A DNA stretch of 64,000 nt from Cheilinus undulatus (Eukaryota): the NCBI RefSeq assembly GCF_018320785.1, contig NC_054879.1, positions 26,520,546 to 26,584,545 of the forward strand, written 5' to 3'. Shown here piece after piece: positions 25,298-37,615 of the stretch. Numbering within the stretch: the first letter of the stretch is position 1; each line of letters begins with the position of its first letter. The notes below the pieces were generated by a model. The model saw only the letters and a program-made list of their open reading frames with translations. It was not told the DNA's origin and searched no databases. The position numbers were made by a program, and so were the translations under genes.

Positions 25298-25436
25298 GAT
25301 GATGAGTTTGTGGTGTACAGCCCTGATCAGGTGAAGCTGAAGTATTTGGTGCAGTTTACTGTGGAGGGAGACCACCTAAAGGAGTTTAGTCCTGTCATCA
25401 ACACCTCAGCTGAGCGTGTCCTCTCTAATAAGCAAG
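25298..25436 (+). CDS. parp4: PARP4 exon (catalytic Glu; end of PARP domain): DDEFVVYSPDQVKLKYLVQFTVEGDHLKEFSPVINTSAERVLSNKQ
   Basis: Acceptor ctgcAG, donor caag|GTAAGC. Matches human DDEFVVYKTNQVKMKYIIKFSMPGDQIKDFHPSD. Ends in phase 1. Confidence 0.9.
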
Positions 25437-25546
25437 GTAAGCAACAAACACATACAGAATACCTTTATGTATCATTCTCATAAGGATTTCTATGCATGCA
25501 AACAAGCCTTGTGTCATTTTATTTACTTTATAAGAGCTTAGGTCAG

Positions 25547-25677
25547 AGGACGACGGGGTTGATTGTGTTAAAAACCCTCTGGAGGATGTGACGGCTGGAC
25601 TGTTGGACAGCTCTGGTCAGCAGCTCCCTTTGCAGGCTGTTCATGTGAAGTGCAAACTGATAGATCTGCTCTCTCAG
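25547..25677 (+). CDS. parp4: PARP4 exon (start of VIT domain): EDDGVDCVKNPLEDVTAGLLDSSGQQLPLQAVHVKCKLIDLLSQ
   Basis: Acceptor ggtcAG|ag. The alternative AG at 25540 gives an in-frame stop and was rejected. Donor cag|GTGACA. Aligns to human GLQDASGNLVPLEDVHIKGRIIDTVAQ. Confidence 0.78.
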
Positions 25678-25769
25678 GTGACAAAAAGCAGGAAAGTTCA
25701 GTTGTCACAGAAAGTGCTGGTGTTTGCTGGCTTGATTTGAAGTTATGACACTGTAATCTTCTTTTTCAG

Positions 25770-25901
25770 GTCATTATTTTCCAAAAATACACCAATCAGA
25801 GTGCTGTGCCTATTGAGGCAAAATACGTCTTCCCGTTGGATGATTCTGCAGCAGTATGTGGGTTTGAAGCCTTCATCAATGGCAAACATGTGATTGGACA
25901 G
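25770..25901 (+). CDS. parp4: PARP4 exon (VIT): VIIFQKYTNQSAVPIEAKYVFPLDDSAAVCGFEAFINGKHVIGQ
   Basis: Acceptor ttttcAG, donor cag|GTAACT. Matches human VIVFQTYTNKSHVPIEAKYIFPLDDKAAVCGFEAFINGKHIVGE. Confidence 0.92.
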
Positions 25902-26590
25902 GTAACTCATCTTTCTCAGCATGCATTTCTTTCTGTATCTTTTTCTCATGTATTCATTTTCTTTGTGTTGCTGTTAAATCTGCTTCATGAGATTCACTTC
26001 TATATGTTTTGTCCTTCCTAAAGTTGGCTAGTGGGACAAATATGTTAGTATTATGGCTGTTTCAGAATGCTTGTTTGAGTACCAGGTCTGTTTACTTTCA
26101 TTTCATGTTTGCTGTAACAGACAAGACATGTCAGAAAATTTGGGTTTTTCTGTGTTTGACAGATGAATCTTAAACAATGCATTTAACCACTGTGACACAA
26201 GCCCATTGTGCACCAAACCCCAATGTGTGCAAAGGTTTGAAGGCCTGTTCAGTGCTGCTTGCAGCCCTGGTTAGCTTTGTATTTTGTCACATTAAATTTT
26301 GAGTTACCTTTTGCCATTACCAATCTGTATGAGGATAACATCAATTTTAACAAACTGAATCAGTAAATTTTAGTTTTATTTTCCAATCTTTCTTTCCTAC
26401 TTGAACATATGGTGAGCTGGTATTGACTGGCTGCCGTTTTTTATTGGCTGTTCAATGGTGAGACTTCTTTTTCAGCAAGTCATTCTATACTTAGTGTCTC
26501 AAACATTGTCCACCTAGCCAAACTAAACCTAAATGATTGAAGATTTCCACACTGATTCAACTCTGTTGTTTGTGTGTGTTTGGGCCTCAG

Positions 26591-26677
26591 GTTAAGGAAA
26601 AGGAGAAGGCTCGCAAGGAGTACAAGCAGGCTATCGCGAAAGGCCATGGGGCGTACCTCATGGACCAGGATGCCCCA
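26591..26677 (+). CDS. parp4: PARP4 exon (VIT): VKEKEKARKEYKQAIAKGHGAYLMDQDAP
   Basis: Acceptor cctcAG, donor cca|GTAGGT. Matches human IKEKEEAQQEYLEAVTQGHGAYLMSQDAP. Confidence 0.92.
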
Positions 26678-27156
26678 GTAGGTTCCCAGTCTGTTCCCAA
26701 AGTTCAAATCAGTGTTTGATTATTTTTGTCTAAGTTTAGCAATCCTTACTACTAATAACTTTAACTGATCAGTCAATATTTCATATCAGTATTTAGAATT
26801 ACAAAGTTGGAAACAATGTGTTTACATGTGTTACTATTTTCTTTATTCATGTGTTTTAATAACATAATAACATCCTCAATATTAATGACATTTAATTAAT
26901 CCACTTTACACTTGAGAATGCAGGCTTTTATCAGTGTACCTAGGGACCCAAGTTTGTTGTCTTATGTGATAGATACGTTTCTAAAATCAGGGTAAACCTG
27001 TAGATCATTTAATGTTCTAAAACACAGCAATTTTCTGTCATCTGTATCATCTGTATACTGTCTTGTTTAATCCCATTCCAAATCCCTAATTAGTTATGGC
27101 TATGTTTACATACTAAAACATTTCTACCAAAAATCTTTATTAATCCCTCTCTTCAG

Positions 27157-27321
27157 GATGTTTTTACCATCAGTGTGGGAAATCTACCACCTGGAGCGTC
27201 TGTCCTTATCAAAGTGACCTTTGTGTCCGAGCTGATCATCAAGAATGGCAGGATTCTCTTCAGTCTGCCTGGAAGTGTGGCCCCGTGGCAGGAGCTAGAA
27301 GCTCTTAACCAAACAACTCAG
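27157..27321 (+). CDS. parp4: PARP4 exon (VIT): DVFTISVGNLPPGASVLIKVTFVSELIIKNGRILFSLPGSVAPWQELEALNQTTQ
   Basis: Acceptor tcttcAG, donor cag|GTAAGG. Matches human DVFTVSVGNLPPKAKVLIKITYITELSILGTVGVFFMPATVAPWQQDKALNENLQ. Confidence 0.92.
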
Positions 27322-27622
27322 GTAAGGAAAGCCTGCATAGATGGAGGGGAAATAAAGGAAGGGGCCACAAACCCAGATCTGCCACCTTCCTAATGCATTC
27401 TTTTTTTTAATCCTATTGCCTGCTATAAATGTCCAAAGCAGCAAAACACAGCAAACAGTATTGTATTAGAGTATATGCTCTTTCATTTTTCTTTTTTTAA
27501 TCCTTGTTTTTTGATTTGGTAGATGTTTTACTGTTTAAAAAGGCAGGTTATACTGAACTTCATAATGTGTGATTGCTTAGCACTGAAGGTTATTACAAGA
27601 CATATTTATCAACTCACAACAG

Positions 27623-27669
27623 GTCACTGTGGAGAAGGTTACTGTGGATGTTGAGGCTGCAATGAAAAG
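27623..27669 (+). CDS. parp4: PARP4 micro-exon (VIT): VTVEKVTVDVEAAMK
   Basis: Acceptor acaacAG, donor aaag|GTGAGC. Matches human DTVEKICIKEIGTKQ. Phase 0 in and 2 out, as the flanking exons require. Confidence 0.72.
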
Positions 27670-28789
27670 GTGAGCTATTTTCTATCTTCTGACTAATTCA
27701 AGTTTTCATCTTTATTATTAATCCTTTACATTTTAGTTTCCTTCTATCTGACTTAATCTTTTGAGCTGGGTGTTGTCACTTTTTAAAGAGATCCTGGCTA
27801 TAAAACCCTTTGCAAATGCTGTTTCATAAAACAGTTGCCACTGACATTTTGGAAGGCTTCAAACAGTTTTCAAAATCAGAGAAACAGGTGATTTTTACAG
27901 CTTAGCTATGAGTGGAGGCTGCTGTTCTTTTGCTGTTTTCATTGATGTTTTGTGCTGTCTACTTGTGATGGACCTGGAACATTCTCACTTGTTTTTGCTG
28001 TCTGTTGCCTAAGCTCCCCAAATAACTCCCATCCCTTCCACCCTAGACTTCGATAAAACTGTAGCCTCACTGGTCACACATGCAACACTTCTCTCATACC
28101 TTGAACAGCTGCGACAACCCAACTGCAATTTGTTGCTAGCATCAAGGCTACAAACGTCTAACAACAAGTTTGCTAGCTAACAACAACAACAATCTAAATA
28201 TATAAGACCAATGTGTAAAAGCCTACAATAAACATACTCAGGAGCTGAATATTTACAATTTGGCATGAAAACAAGAAAAGTACTCTCACCTCAAGTTCAG
28301 CTGTCCTACTCCAGAGAAGACCATGTGGGTGAGCTGTGATCCCTATTCTGATCCCAACCTTGTTTTCCCCCTGCACTGAATGAAGATAAATGACCGTGGT
28401 ACATATTTTTTGTTTGTTTGTTTTTTGTTGTTGTTGTTGTTTTTAATTAAGAACCTCCTGTTGGTTGAATTTGCATACTGTGTGTTAAACTTGCTGATTG
28501 TTCAGTGATGAGGACGAACACAAGGAGATTTTCTGCTTGAGAGTTGACTGATGTTGAACAACCCTCCAAATTCGGGTGATTAGAAATAAACAAAGGATTT
28601 GTAGAAAAACCTTAGTTGGACCAGTTGATCAACAAGTGAGTAATCAACCACTATTTTAAGGATTTATGAATCAGGTGATATGTTAACTTTTTGAAAATAA
28701 GCTTTCAATCCCTCTACACTTGCCTTGGAGTTCTTTCTTGTATTTATTTCTTCATTACAGCAAAACTCTCTTTGTGGTTTATCCCTCAG

Positions 28790-28871
28790 GGAATTCACCC
28801 TGGACATGTCCATAGAGATGCCAAATTTGATTACAAACTTGCAATGCCTCACTCACAAAGTCAAGATCAAG
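28790..28871 (+). CDS. parp4: PARP4 exon (VIT end): REFTLDMSIEMPNLITNLQCLTHKVKIK
   Basis: Acceptor cctcAG, donor aag|GTAACT. Matches human SFSLTMSIEMPYVIEFIFSDTHELKQK. Confidence 0.85.
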
Positions 28872-29807
28872 GTAACTGAATTGTTTTTGCATGTCACAAA
28901 AATATTGAAGATGCAGATAAAGTAACATGGTTTCCAGTTGTTTTCTCTTTCTCTCTGGGTTTCAAAAAAAGCAAAATATAAAAATGTTGTTCTAACTCGA
29001 ACAGGTTGAAGATGAAGGAAAAACTGAAGATAAATGAGTATCCAAATAAACTTTTGATTTTTTAAAAATCCAGTTTAAACACAGAAGAATTAATTATTGC
29101 ACCGTCTTATCTGTTTGTTTGGGTTTTTTTTTAATCACAAGTTGATTGTTTAAATTTTATTTGCTTCTTACAGCATGTCAGTATAACATGTCTGGTAATA
29201 ATGAAGGATATATGTGTTACAAGAGACTGTGTTATAGGGTTTTCTTCAGCACAATGAACAATAAATGTGTGTGTGTGTGGGGGGGGGGGAGTCCCCAGCT
29301 CCAGCCTGCTACTGCAGAGAGACAAAGAGCATGATTAACTCACAGAAACCACCTGTGTCAATCAGCATTGGCACTGCTTCCCTGAGCCACTTCCACGCCT
29401 TTCTTCCCATGATTTATATTTTTAAAAGTGAAATGAGATTTTCATTCATGAATAAATGCTATAAAGACATGGTCACTTCCCATGTTTGCATTGTTCTCTT
29501 ATTAACATGTGGTTGTCTTTGTTTGATTAAAAAAACCTCTGGTAGGTGTTCTTTAGGACTTGCCATAGTCATATATGATTGATATTTACCTACATAAGGT
29601 ACAATTCATCAAGATATTTTCCAGTTATACATTAAAACTGAATTTCATAAAAAGGTATTGTCAGTTTATAGTTTGAACTAAAAAAAACAAAAACAAATAG
29701 ATAAATAATAATCATAGCACACAAAAGTACTCAAAAGTACTCAGTCTATTCATCATGTTTCATTTTAATTTATGTTCTTCCTGTTGTATTTGTGTTTGCT
29801 CCCACAG

Positions 29808-29945
29808 AAAACTGACTGTAAGGCGGTACTGAGTGTGCTGCCTGGCGAGCTCATGAGTCCAGATGGTTTCCAGCTGTTGGTCACCCTGGATAGGGTCCAC
29901 CTGCCCAGGATGTGGGTGGAGAAACACCCAGACAGTGACAGCCAG
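29808..29945 (+). CDS. parp4: PARP4 exon: KTDCKAVLSVLPGELMSPDGFQLLVTLDRVHLPRMWVEKHPDSDSQ
   Basis: Acceptor cccacAG, donor cag|GTCTTC. Matches human RTDCKAVISTMEGSSLDSSGFSLHIGLSAAYLPRMWVEKHPEKESE. Confidence 0.87.
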
Positions 29946-30036
29946 GTCTTCTCACCTGTCTTTTTGTCCTCCTTTCTCTTTCTCTTAAGCTGGGTTCCTT
30001 CTCTGATCCTTTCCCATTTACTGTTTTCTTCAACAG

Positions 30037-30226
30037 GCCTGCATGTTGGTTTTCTATCCGAATTTTGAGGTTGACAACAGTTCTGGATTTGAGGAAGTCG
30101 TCCTTTTGATCGATACATCTGAGTCCATGAAAGGAGAGTCTCTCCGCATGGCCCAGAAAATCGCCCTGCAGGCTCTCAAAACCCTCAGCCAGTATCTAAG
30201 AATTAACATCATTTTATTTGGCACAG
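30037..30226 (+). CDS. parp4: PARP4 exon (vWA domain start, MIDAS DxSxS): ACMLVFYPNFEVDNSSGFEEVVLLIDTSESMKGESLRMAQKIALQALKTLSQYLRINIILFGT
   Basis: Acceptor caacAG, donor acag|GTCAGT. Matches human ACMLVFQPDLDVDLPDLASESEVIICLDCSSSMEGVTFLQAKQIALHALSLVGEKQKVNIIQFGT. Ends in phase 1. Confidence 0.9.
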
Positions 30227-30689
30227 GTCAGTTTAACCTTTTTCAATGCTACACTGTGAGAAAATGTGAAACTGTCCCACTGTTTAAAGGGAAACTAAAA
30301 ATCAAAGAATTAAGTCAGGTTGCAATAATCAGCAGTTCTTTGTTTCTGTTACATTAACTAAAAGTCTGATAAACTGGCAGCGGACTCGGGCTGCTAATAG
30401 TTCCAAAAGTGTTTATCATTTGCACTAGTGATATTCAAGCAAAATCATGCCAGTGAACTTTTCCTGCTCCACGCAGCTCTTGTTTTGTGTCTGCATCTTC
30501 CTTCTGCACAAATCTGCGTTCTCATGCTAACACAGCACAGTTTCATCCACCTGAAGATGATGAGTTTAAAGAGGAGAAACAGTGTGATGGTTTTTATTTT
30601 GATGCAAGATTTTAATAATATAATATGAATTTCACCATTTAAAATAAAGATTCATCCCTTTATGTAGCCAGCAAGAGCAAGAATAAACC

Positions 30690-31917
30690 TAATTCCAAAA
30701 AAGTTGGCGAACTGTGTAAAACATCTTTAAAAGATGTTTTAATGATTTGCAAATCTGATTAACCCATACTGGATTTACAATAGAACATTAACAACAAATG
30801 TTGAATAATTTTATTATTTCATGAAAAATAGTAGCTGGTTTTGAATTTCATGTCAGCAACACATCTTGAAAATTAGGGACAGGGCAACAAAAGTTTGGAA
30901 AAGTAAAACATCTACAGTCCATAATACCATCAAAATATTCAGAGAATCTGGATAAATCTCTGTGTGCAAGGGTCAAGGCTGAAGGTCAGTATTTGATGCT
31001 TGTGATCTTTGGGCCATCGGGTGGCACTGCATTAAAAAACAGGCCCGATTCTGTCCTGGAAATCACTGCATGAGCTCAGGAACCCATCCAGAAATCACTG
31101 TCGGTCACCACAGTTGGCCATGCCATCCACAAAGGCAAGTTAAACCTGTATCATGCAAAGGAGAAGCCATATGTGAACAGGATCCAGAAATGTGACCGTC
31201 TTCCCTGGGTCAAAGCTCATTTAAAATGAAAAACTGTTCTGTGGCCAGATTAATCAAAGTTTGAAAATTGTTTTGGAAACCACAAATTCAGTGTCCTGCG
31301 GACTAAAGAGGAGACGGACCATCCAGCTTGTTATCCTGTTACAGTTCTAACACTTGCATCTCTGATGGTATGGGGTTGCATTAGCACCTATGGCATGGGT
31401 AGCTTACACATTTGGAAAGGCACTATCAATGCTGAAAAGTAAAGAGAGGTTTGCAACATATGCTCTCATCAATACAATATCATTTCAGGAAAGGCCTTGC
31501 ATATTTAAGCAAGACGATGTTTAACCACATACCACATCCATCACAACAGCATGGCTTCACAGTAGAAGAGTCCAGGTGCTAAACTGACCTGCCTACATTC
31601 CAGAATTTTCTTCAATAGAAAATATTTGAAGCTTCATAAAATAAAAAATTTGACAAAGAAGACTCGTGACGGTTGAGCAGCTTAAATCCTACTTAAGACA
31701 ACAATAGGCCAGCATTTCTCTCCTAAAACTCTAGCAATTAGTCTCTCAAAATGTGCTAATATTTTTTCAAGAAATCCTCAATTGTTTCAGACTAATTATC
31801 TAATATGTTGTTTATGAGCTATTGTAGATAAAATATGGGTTTTTTGAGATTTTTAAATCATTGCTTTCTGCTTTTATTTACATTTTAAACAGAGTCCTTC
31901 TTTTTAAATTGGGGTTA
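30690..31917 (+). mobile_element. Tc1-like family A copy (degraded, + orientation)
   Basis: Left terminus ccaaaaaagttggcgaactgtgtaaaaca. Decayed transposase frames at 31000-31600 include ..MQRRSHM.., ..QLVILLQ.., WYGVALAPMAWVAYTFGKALSM. Right terminus cattttaaacagagtccttctttttaaattggggtt. It lies in the intron between the vWA exons. Confidence 0.65.
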
Positions 31918-32072
31918 CTAAAAAAACCTTCCATGATACATAATACAATACATAATGTATGAAATACATCATTTTTAACATCTACTGTTGATAGTTCAAA
32001 TGAGCGATCATATTCTCAAGGGAAAAGAATATTAAACAATGCTGATTTTTTCTTGTGATTCTTGTCTCCTAG

Positions 32073-32143
32073 ATCATACTGAGGCTTTCTTGATGGCACA
32101 GCCTCTTCTTGAAGCTCGTCAGGCCACCAGGAGCTTCATCAGG
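32073..32143 (+). CDS. parp4: PARP4 exon (vWA): DHTEAFLMAQPLLEARQATRSFIR
   Basis: Acceptor tctcctAG, donor agg|GTGAGT. The phase (2 nt in, 0 out) joins the previous exon (G-T-D...). Weak but colinear with human GYKELFSYPKHITSNTMAAEFIMSA. Confidence 0.72.
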
Positions 32144-32560
32144 GTGAGTTACTAGTGGGAAATATAGGATTTATAAAACAAAACAAAGACGTAATAGAAA
32201 ACAATGCAACAAAATAGTTTAGGCTGATTGGTGTGGGATAGATTTATTTTGTCACCTTAGAGAGTTTGTAACCACTGACATGTTTAAAGAAAAGCTCTTT
32301 TGGTGCTTTTATATTTAAACATTTCTTTTATAATACCTAAAATATGCATAAATAATGTGAAGAAAATGTAAACAAAGTTAAAAAATAAAATAATTAGTAC
32401 TTTTGTTATTCAGAATTTTCATTTAACATGTCATATTAACATGTAAGAAAATGAAAAAGTAACTTAATTCTGTAATGTATACGGGGCCTAAAGTATTCCG
32501 GCACCATGCTGGATTTCCGGCATGCGGCCTTTGGCTGAGGGAAAAAAAAGTCTTATATTT

Positions 32561-32586
32561 AAAAAAAAAAAAAAAAAAAAAAAAAA
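32561..32586. repeat. poly(A) tract
   Basis: A run of 26 A. Confidence 0.9.
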
Positions 32587-33798
32587 CATCTTGATATCAT
32601 CACCATCACTCCCGAGTTTAGGAGTTCGTCTGCCAATGATATGAGAGAGCACAACTTTCCTGCTCTCAAACTAGCATTATCAGCCAGTCAGAAATAAAAT
32701 GGGGCAGGTCTTGAAAAATTTGTGTCAACCGAGTCCTATGCTGCATAGATGCACGAGTAGAGAGACGTCACGTCGAAGGAGAGTAGGATGGAGAGTAAAT
32801 TCATGAATCCTGGGGAAGATGCCCTCCTAGTTCAGGGCTGTACAGTGCGACATATATGTCGCATAATGCTACAAGAAAATTGGTCCGTGCTATGAGGTTT
32901 TCGCTCCTCATCGCATAGGTGGATGACAAAGTGAGAGAGGGGCGTGCATGCCAGGCGCACAGATAAGACTTTAGGTTTAACTTATTGTCACGAAAACTTC
33001 ATTCCTCTGTGTTCTGAGATTTAAAATTCATGCCCAGTCTATTTATTTTATATTTCAGGCACATTTGAAATCCAAACGGATGTTATTTTCTCTTGTAATG
33101 CATAATCCTGTGCGTCTGGAGTGTGAGCGGCCACACTCCACAGCTGATACGATAGTGAGACAGTGACGTGCAGCAGCTCACACAGACAGGGCAGGCTCAA
33201 GGCATACGCAGTACAGGTGGTTATTTTTAATCCAAAGTTTTTTTATTAGGGCACATAGGCTAGACAATGCTAAAAAAAAGTATCTGCTAGCTTACTTCTC
33301 CTTCTCCTCGTCCTCTCCAGTTGTGTGTGGATGGTCAGTGAGGTGGCTGTAAGTGGGATGACAGAGCCCTCAGTCTGCGCTAACTTCTGATTAAAGGTTA
33401 ATGTATCAAACAATACATACAGTCCGATATGACAGGGACAGACAGACAGCAGTGTGACGGAGAGATGAGGGAGAGAGAGAGAAAGGAGGAGTAGATCAAT
33501 CATTTTTCTCACTTTAAGCCCTGTGTGTACCGCAATATTGTGCATTAGTTATATTAAATTGTGATACATGTTCTCCAGAAATACATTACTAATTAAGGTT
33601 GCTTTTAAAGTAAGGAAATATAATACAAAATACATGTCAGTATCTCTAAACAGTGCTGGAGTGAATAAAAGAAAACATTCATTAACAGACTTCTAGTCAT
33701 TAACAACTGAAAATACAACTCTTACAAGAAACAAGTTTCCTTTTAATAATTCCATTTTATTGAGGAGAATCATGCTTTGCTTCTTTCTCTCCCTTCAG

Positions 33799-33986
33799 TG
33801 CTTTTCTCCAGTAGGAGGCAGCACTGAGCTGTGGCGTCCCCTGCGAGCTCTCAGCCTGTTGCCTCCTTCCAGCGGCATCAGAAACTTGCTGCTGCTATCA
33901 GACGGCCACATCCAGAACGCAGAGCTCACCTTGAAGCTGCTCCGAGAAAACACTCAGCACATGCGCCTGTTCACATGTGGCGTCAG
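33799..33986 (+). CDS. parp4: PARP4 exon (vWA): CFSPVGGSTELWRPLRALSLLPPSSGIRNLLLLSDGHIQNAELTLKLLRENTQHMRLFTCGV
   Basis: Acceptor ccttcAG, donor tcag|GTCTGA. Matches human TPTMGNTDFWKTLRYLSLLYPARGSRNILLVSDGHLQDESLTLQLVKRSRPHTRLFACGI. Confidence 0.87.
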
Positions 33987-34219
33987 GTCTGAATGAGTTC
34001 AGGGTGGATAATATTAGCTTTTGATGCCTTAACATTTGAAAGTAGATTGTGGTTTTCTCAAGCGTGTTACAGATTTCAAACCTGCAAAAAAATTCTTCTG
34101 TTAAAAATGCTCTGAGCTGATGATGTATTTTACATTTTTCGTGTAGACCTTTTTGTGTAGTCAGCTTTTGTGTGATTGTAAAAATATTTATTTAGGTGTG
34201 TGTTTCTTTTTTTCACCAG

Positions 34220-34319
34220 CCCAACAGCCAATAGACACATGCTGAGAGCACTAGCCCAGGCAGGGGGTGGAGCCTACGAATTCTTTGACACAAAAACCAA
34301 ACACAACTGGGCAGAGAAG
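34220..34319 (+). CDS. parp4: PARP4 exon (vWA end): SPTANRHMLRALAQAGGGAYEFFDTKTKHNWAEK
   Basis: Acceptor tcaccAG, donor aag|GTGAGA. Matches human GSTANRHVLRILSQCGAGVFEYFNAKSKHSWRKQ. Confidence 0.87.
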
Positions 34320-36154
34320 GTGAGAATGTCAACTTTTACCAGTAAATTAGAATTATCGAACTGTTTTAACAAGGCATGTAACGGTATCAAAATCTCCCTG
34401 TACCGTATTTACCTTGGTGACAAGTCCACGTTACGGTATTTATTGCGATATAAAAAAAAAAAAAAACAAACACTCAGAACAACGGATGAAGACTTCCTTA
34501 AGAGTCTTTTGGCCTGGCCGAATTTTGCTCCTCAAATCTCCATGAAACTTTTTGGAGTGAGGACTTATCAAGTGGCTCCTCATGCTACTCATAGTCCCCA
34601 TGAAGTGTGTCGCTGCGGTCTGGCAGTGTCTGCATACTGCCTTTTTTTTGTCCATCACTTTTTCTCCTTTCTAATTTGTTAACACCAGGAAACCAAAACA
34701 TTTCCACACATCAGATTTAAAAGTCACTGGAGCCTCCGCAGTCTCAAAAACGTTGTCACTCCTCTCTCCCTCGCTTCTCCATGAATCTGCTGTTTTCACA
34801 CTGTAGAATCAAGCAAGCGACTGGAGAGCGTGGTGGGTACACGAGGGCCGATGGGAATTGTAGTTCCTAAGTCTGTTAGCTCTGCTCCACTAAAAGTCTA
34901 CACTTTCTGCCCTGAAGACATAACATTTGATTTAGACGCTTCCGTTATCACAGAACCTCACTATTACTGACACCGTTAAAACCCTACAGCGTATCAATGC
35001 ATTTCTACATCTTATAAAATAATGCAAGATACAATTACAATAAAATTAATCCGCTTAGTGTTTCGTTTTTTGCTCTCACAGCATCAGGATTTCCTGTCTA
35101 CAAGTACATAACTTTACATTTAATGTTGTAGTAAGAAAACAATGCATTCTAGATTAGTTGAAGATTAAATTAATTGTCAAAAGTTAAAACTCCTACACCT
35201 GCAAAATTTCCATTCAGAATTCTTCATTTTGCCCTTGAGTTCGAACGCTGCATGTTTAGTATTTGGCCATATTTAAGTCATGTATTTGTGCATAGTTCTT
35301 AATCATCAATGAAAATGGTGAAATGATAAAATAGAATTTAAAATAGTATTTTTATATATATATTTATTTAATTATTTAATATATGTCAGGACTCAGTGCT
35401 CACAAGAGTTGTCTGTAGTGTCCTTATATTTTATTTTTAGCTGAGGACAAATCACAGATGAGGAAACTTTTAAGTTCATTTTAAGAACACATTTCTTCTT
35501 AGTGTAACTCACCCAACAATGTAAAGATACTTTGGGAGATTGATTTCGGAAGATAAATTACAATGACAATGAGGTAGTGCTTAGCTTGATAGACTTCTCA
35601 CCTCCTTGAGCAAGGGACTGCTTGATACAACTCAAAGTTGCTAATCATACATAAGGTTATTTCCAACAAGAAAATTATGGCTAGTGAAAACAGAAAGTGG
35701 CTGATAACTTCCGAAAACTCCTGGCCACAATGGCTGGTGAGAAAAAAGTAAATGTTAAGCCCTGCCTCTGACAAATATTTGTGTAGCCATTACAGTTTAT
35801 ATAGGCAGATTTTTATAGTCAAAATATCGGTCAGGAAATCATCAGTAAAATATGATATCTGCAGATAAAGATTTTATGCTGATAATATTGTGCATCCCTA
35901 TAAATAACTCTTTTTTTCTGTTACTGTTTATCCATACTATAGACTTCTCTTTACAACTAAAAACAACTTTAAAGGATTCACTGATGAAACCATAACAAAT
36001 GTTAAAGCAAAAGAAGTGTTTTAGTTAAAAAAAGCAGTTGATGTCAATGTTATTTTTGTTGTGTTTTTTAGGAAAAACGTGTTGTCTTAAATATTAACAT
36101 TAGTGTATTTTATTGGTATGTTGTACAGAGACACATCAGATTTCTAACCTAGAA

Positions 36155-36703
36155 AAGCAGATGGATACGCCCGTTTCCCTTTTTCTCATTGGCAAATCCA
36201 TCTGGCAAAGCTCCCGTCTGAACAGATTAGGCTCAGTTAGGAAGTGACAGGACCAATCAGCGACTAGGGGCAGTACTTTCAGGCACGGCCGACCCGTGAC
36301 ATAAGCAAGTAGCAACAAGAGACCGGTGCAATTATGGCGAAAGAGCTTAGCGTGGATGCTGCTTAAGTGTCAGTTTTATCAGAACTTGATGAAATCACTT
36401 CGTTAAAAGAAGAACAAAGAACAGCAGTGATCTGTTTTCTTTTCAAAAACGACAAAAGTCGTGTACTGACATGTCTGTAGTCGCCATGGTTCGCGTTATT
36501 CCTCGGTAGCGGCGCACACGCACCTCGGTAGCAACTACGTCACGTGTTTTGTTGCTCTGATTAGCCTATAAAGATGTGACAGACAGAATGTTTATCCAAT
36601 CACACTCTGAGATTTTTTCAAAGCCTCTGCCCTTTTCCAAATGCTTAGTATTGAAGGTTTTCCAGATGGATGTGTGACACGACTCCATCTGGCGTGTCAG
36701 GTT
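36155..36703 (+). repeat. Dispersed ~0.5-kb repeat, copy 1 (PARP4 intron)
   Basis: aagcagatggatacgcc...gtcgccatggttcgcgttattcctc...ctacgtcacgtgttttgttgctctgatt...tcaaagcctctgcc is about 80% identical, in the same orientation, to 50125-50628. Confidence 0.8.
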
Positions 36704-36854
36704 ATCAGATTTCTGCATTGTAAGAGGAATGTTTAAAATGAATTTACATGCAGACAGCCATCATTATTAAACTTTTTTTCACATTAGTCTCCTTTGCATT
36801 GAATAAAATATTATTTTCTCCTTTTATTATATATTTTTCATTTTCTTTTGACAG

Positions 36855-37025
36855 GTGGCATCTCAGGTGAAGCGTATGGCATCTCCCTGCTGCAGCTCAG
36901 TGTCAGTGAAGTGGCAACAGTTCAGCCAAACAGCACCCTCTCCTGTGCAAGCCCCCAAGCAGCTCAATGCTCTGTTCAATGACAGCCACACACTGGTCTA
37001 TGGCTTTGTGCCGCACTGCACGAAG
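36855..37025 (+). CDS. parp4: PARP4 exon: VASQVKRMASPCCSSVSVKWQQFSQTAPSPVQAPKQLNALFNDSHTLVYGFVPHCTK
   Basis: Acceptor tgacAG, donor aag|GTACCC. Matches human IEDQMTRLCSPSCHSVSVKWQQLNPDVPEALQAPAQVPSLFLNDRLLVYGFIPHCTQ. Confidence 0.87.
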
Positions 37026-37350
37026 GTACCCAGTGTATATTTATCATTGCAGACAGAACTGTTTCTTCTATTTCTTGTAGATTGTTTTATTGTTTTATGA
37101 GCCAATGCTTCATTGTTGTCCAGGGATGCAAATAATTACAAATCAGTATCAACATTGTTGATTTTTTTTCCCTTTATAGTTTCATCTGTACAATACCAGA
37201 AGTTAATGAAAAATGATGTTATACCTTCTGCATGTTTTTTCCATTCAGTAATAGTCACTGATAAAACAAAGATAAAAGTAGCTAACAATCAAATTAAAGG
37301 ATATAGAAGCAAGTATCTGTCATATTTACAGTGATTTTTATTTGATCCAG

Positions 37351-37431
37351 GCTACACTGTTTGGAAACTTGAGCGGTCAGGAGGTTCAGAACATGGTGTC
37401 CACCACAGAGCTGCAGAAGACCAGGGGCACA
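37351..37431 (+). CDS. parp4: PARP4 exon: ATLFGNLSGQEVQNMVSTTELQKTRGT
   Basis: Acceptor gatccAG, donor aca|GTAAGG. Matches human ATLCALIQEKEFRTMVSTTELQKTTGT. Confidence 0.87.
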
Positions 37432-37615
37432 GTAAGGAGACACGCATTGAGCTTTTACTCATACAATACCTATGACAGAAATTGTATGTCTCCTTACAAA
37501 TGTGTTTATAAATTTACTGGTTCACCTGCAGAAAAAAATGCCTTTTTCGAGATTTCAGTGTATTTGTCGATAATTATATGTTATAGTTTGATTTTTTCGA
37601 ACTTAGAGTTTCTTA

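Noticed and set aside
25540-25546. Alternative acceptor AG at 25540 for the first VIT exon
   Set aside because: Using it puts a TGA in frame after 16 codons. The AG at 25545-46 gives an open frame that aligns to human PARP4, with the correct phase.
34200-34682. 160-aa plus ORF that looks like a long coding region
   Set aside because: Only 34220-34319 is exon, bounded by an AG acceptor and an aag|GTGAGA donor and matching human PARP4. The rest is intronic read-through containing a poly(A)-encoded KKKKK run.
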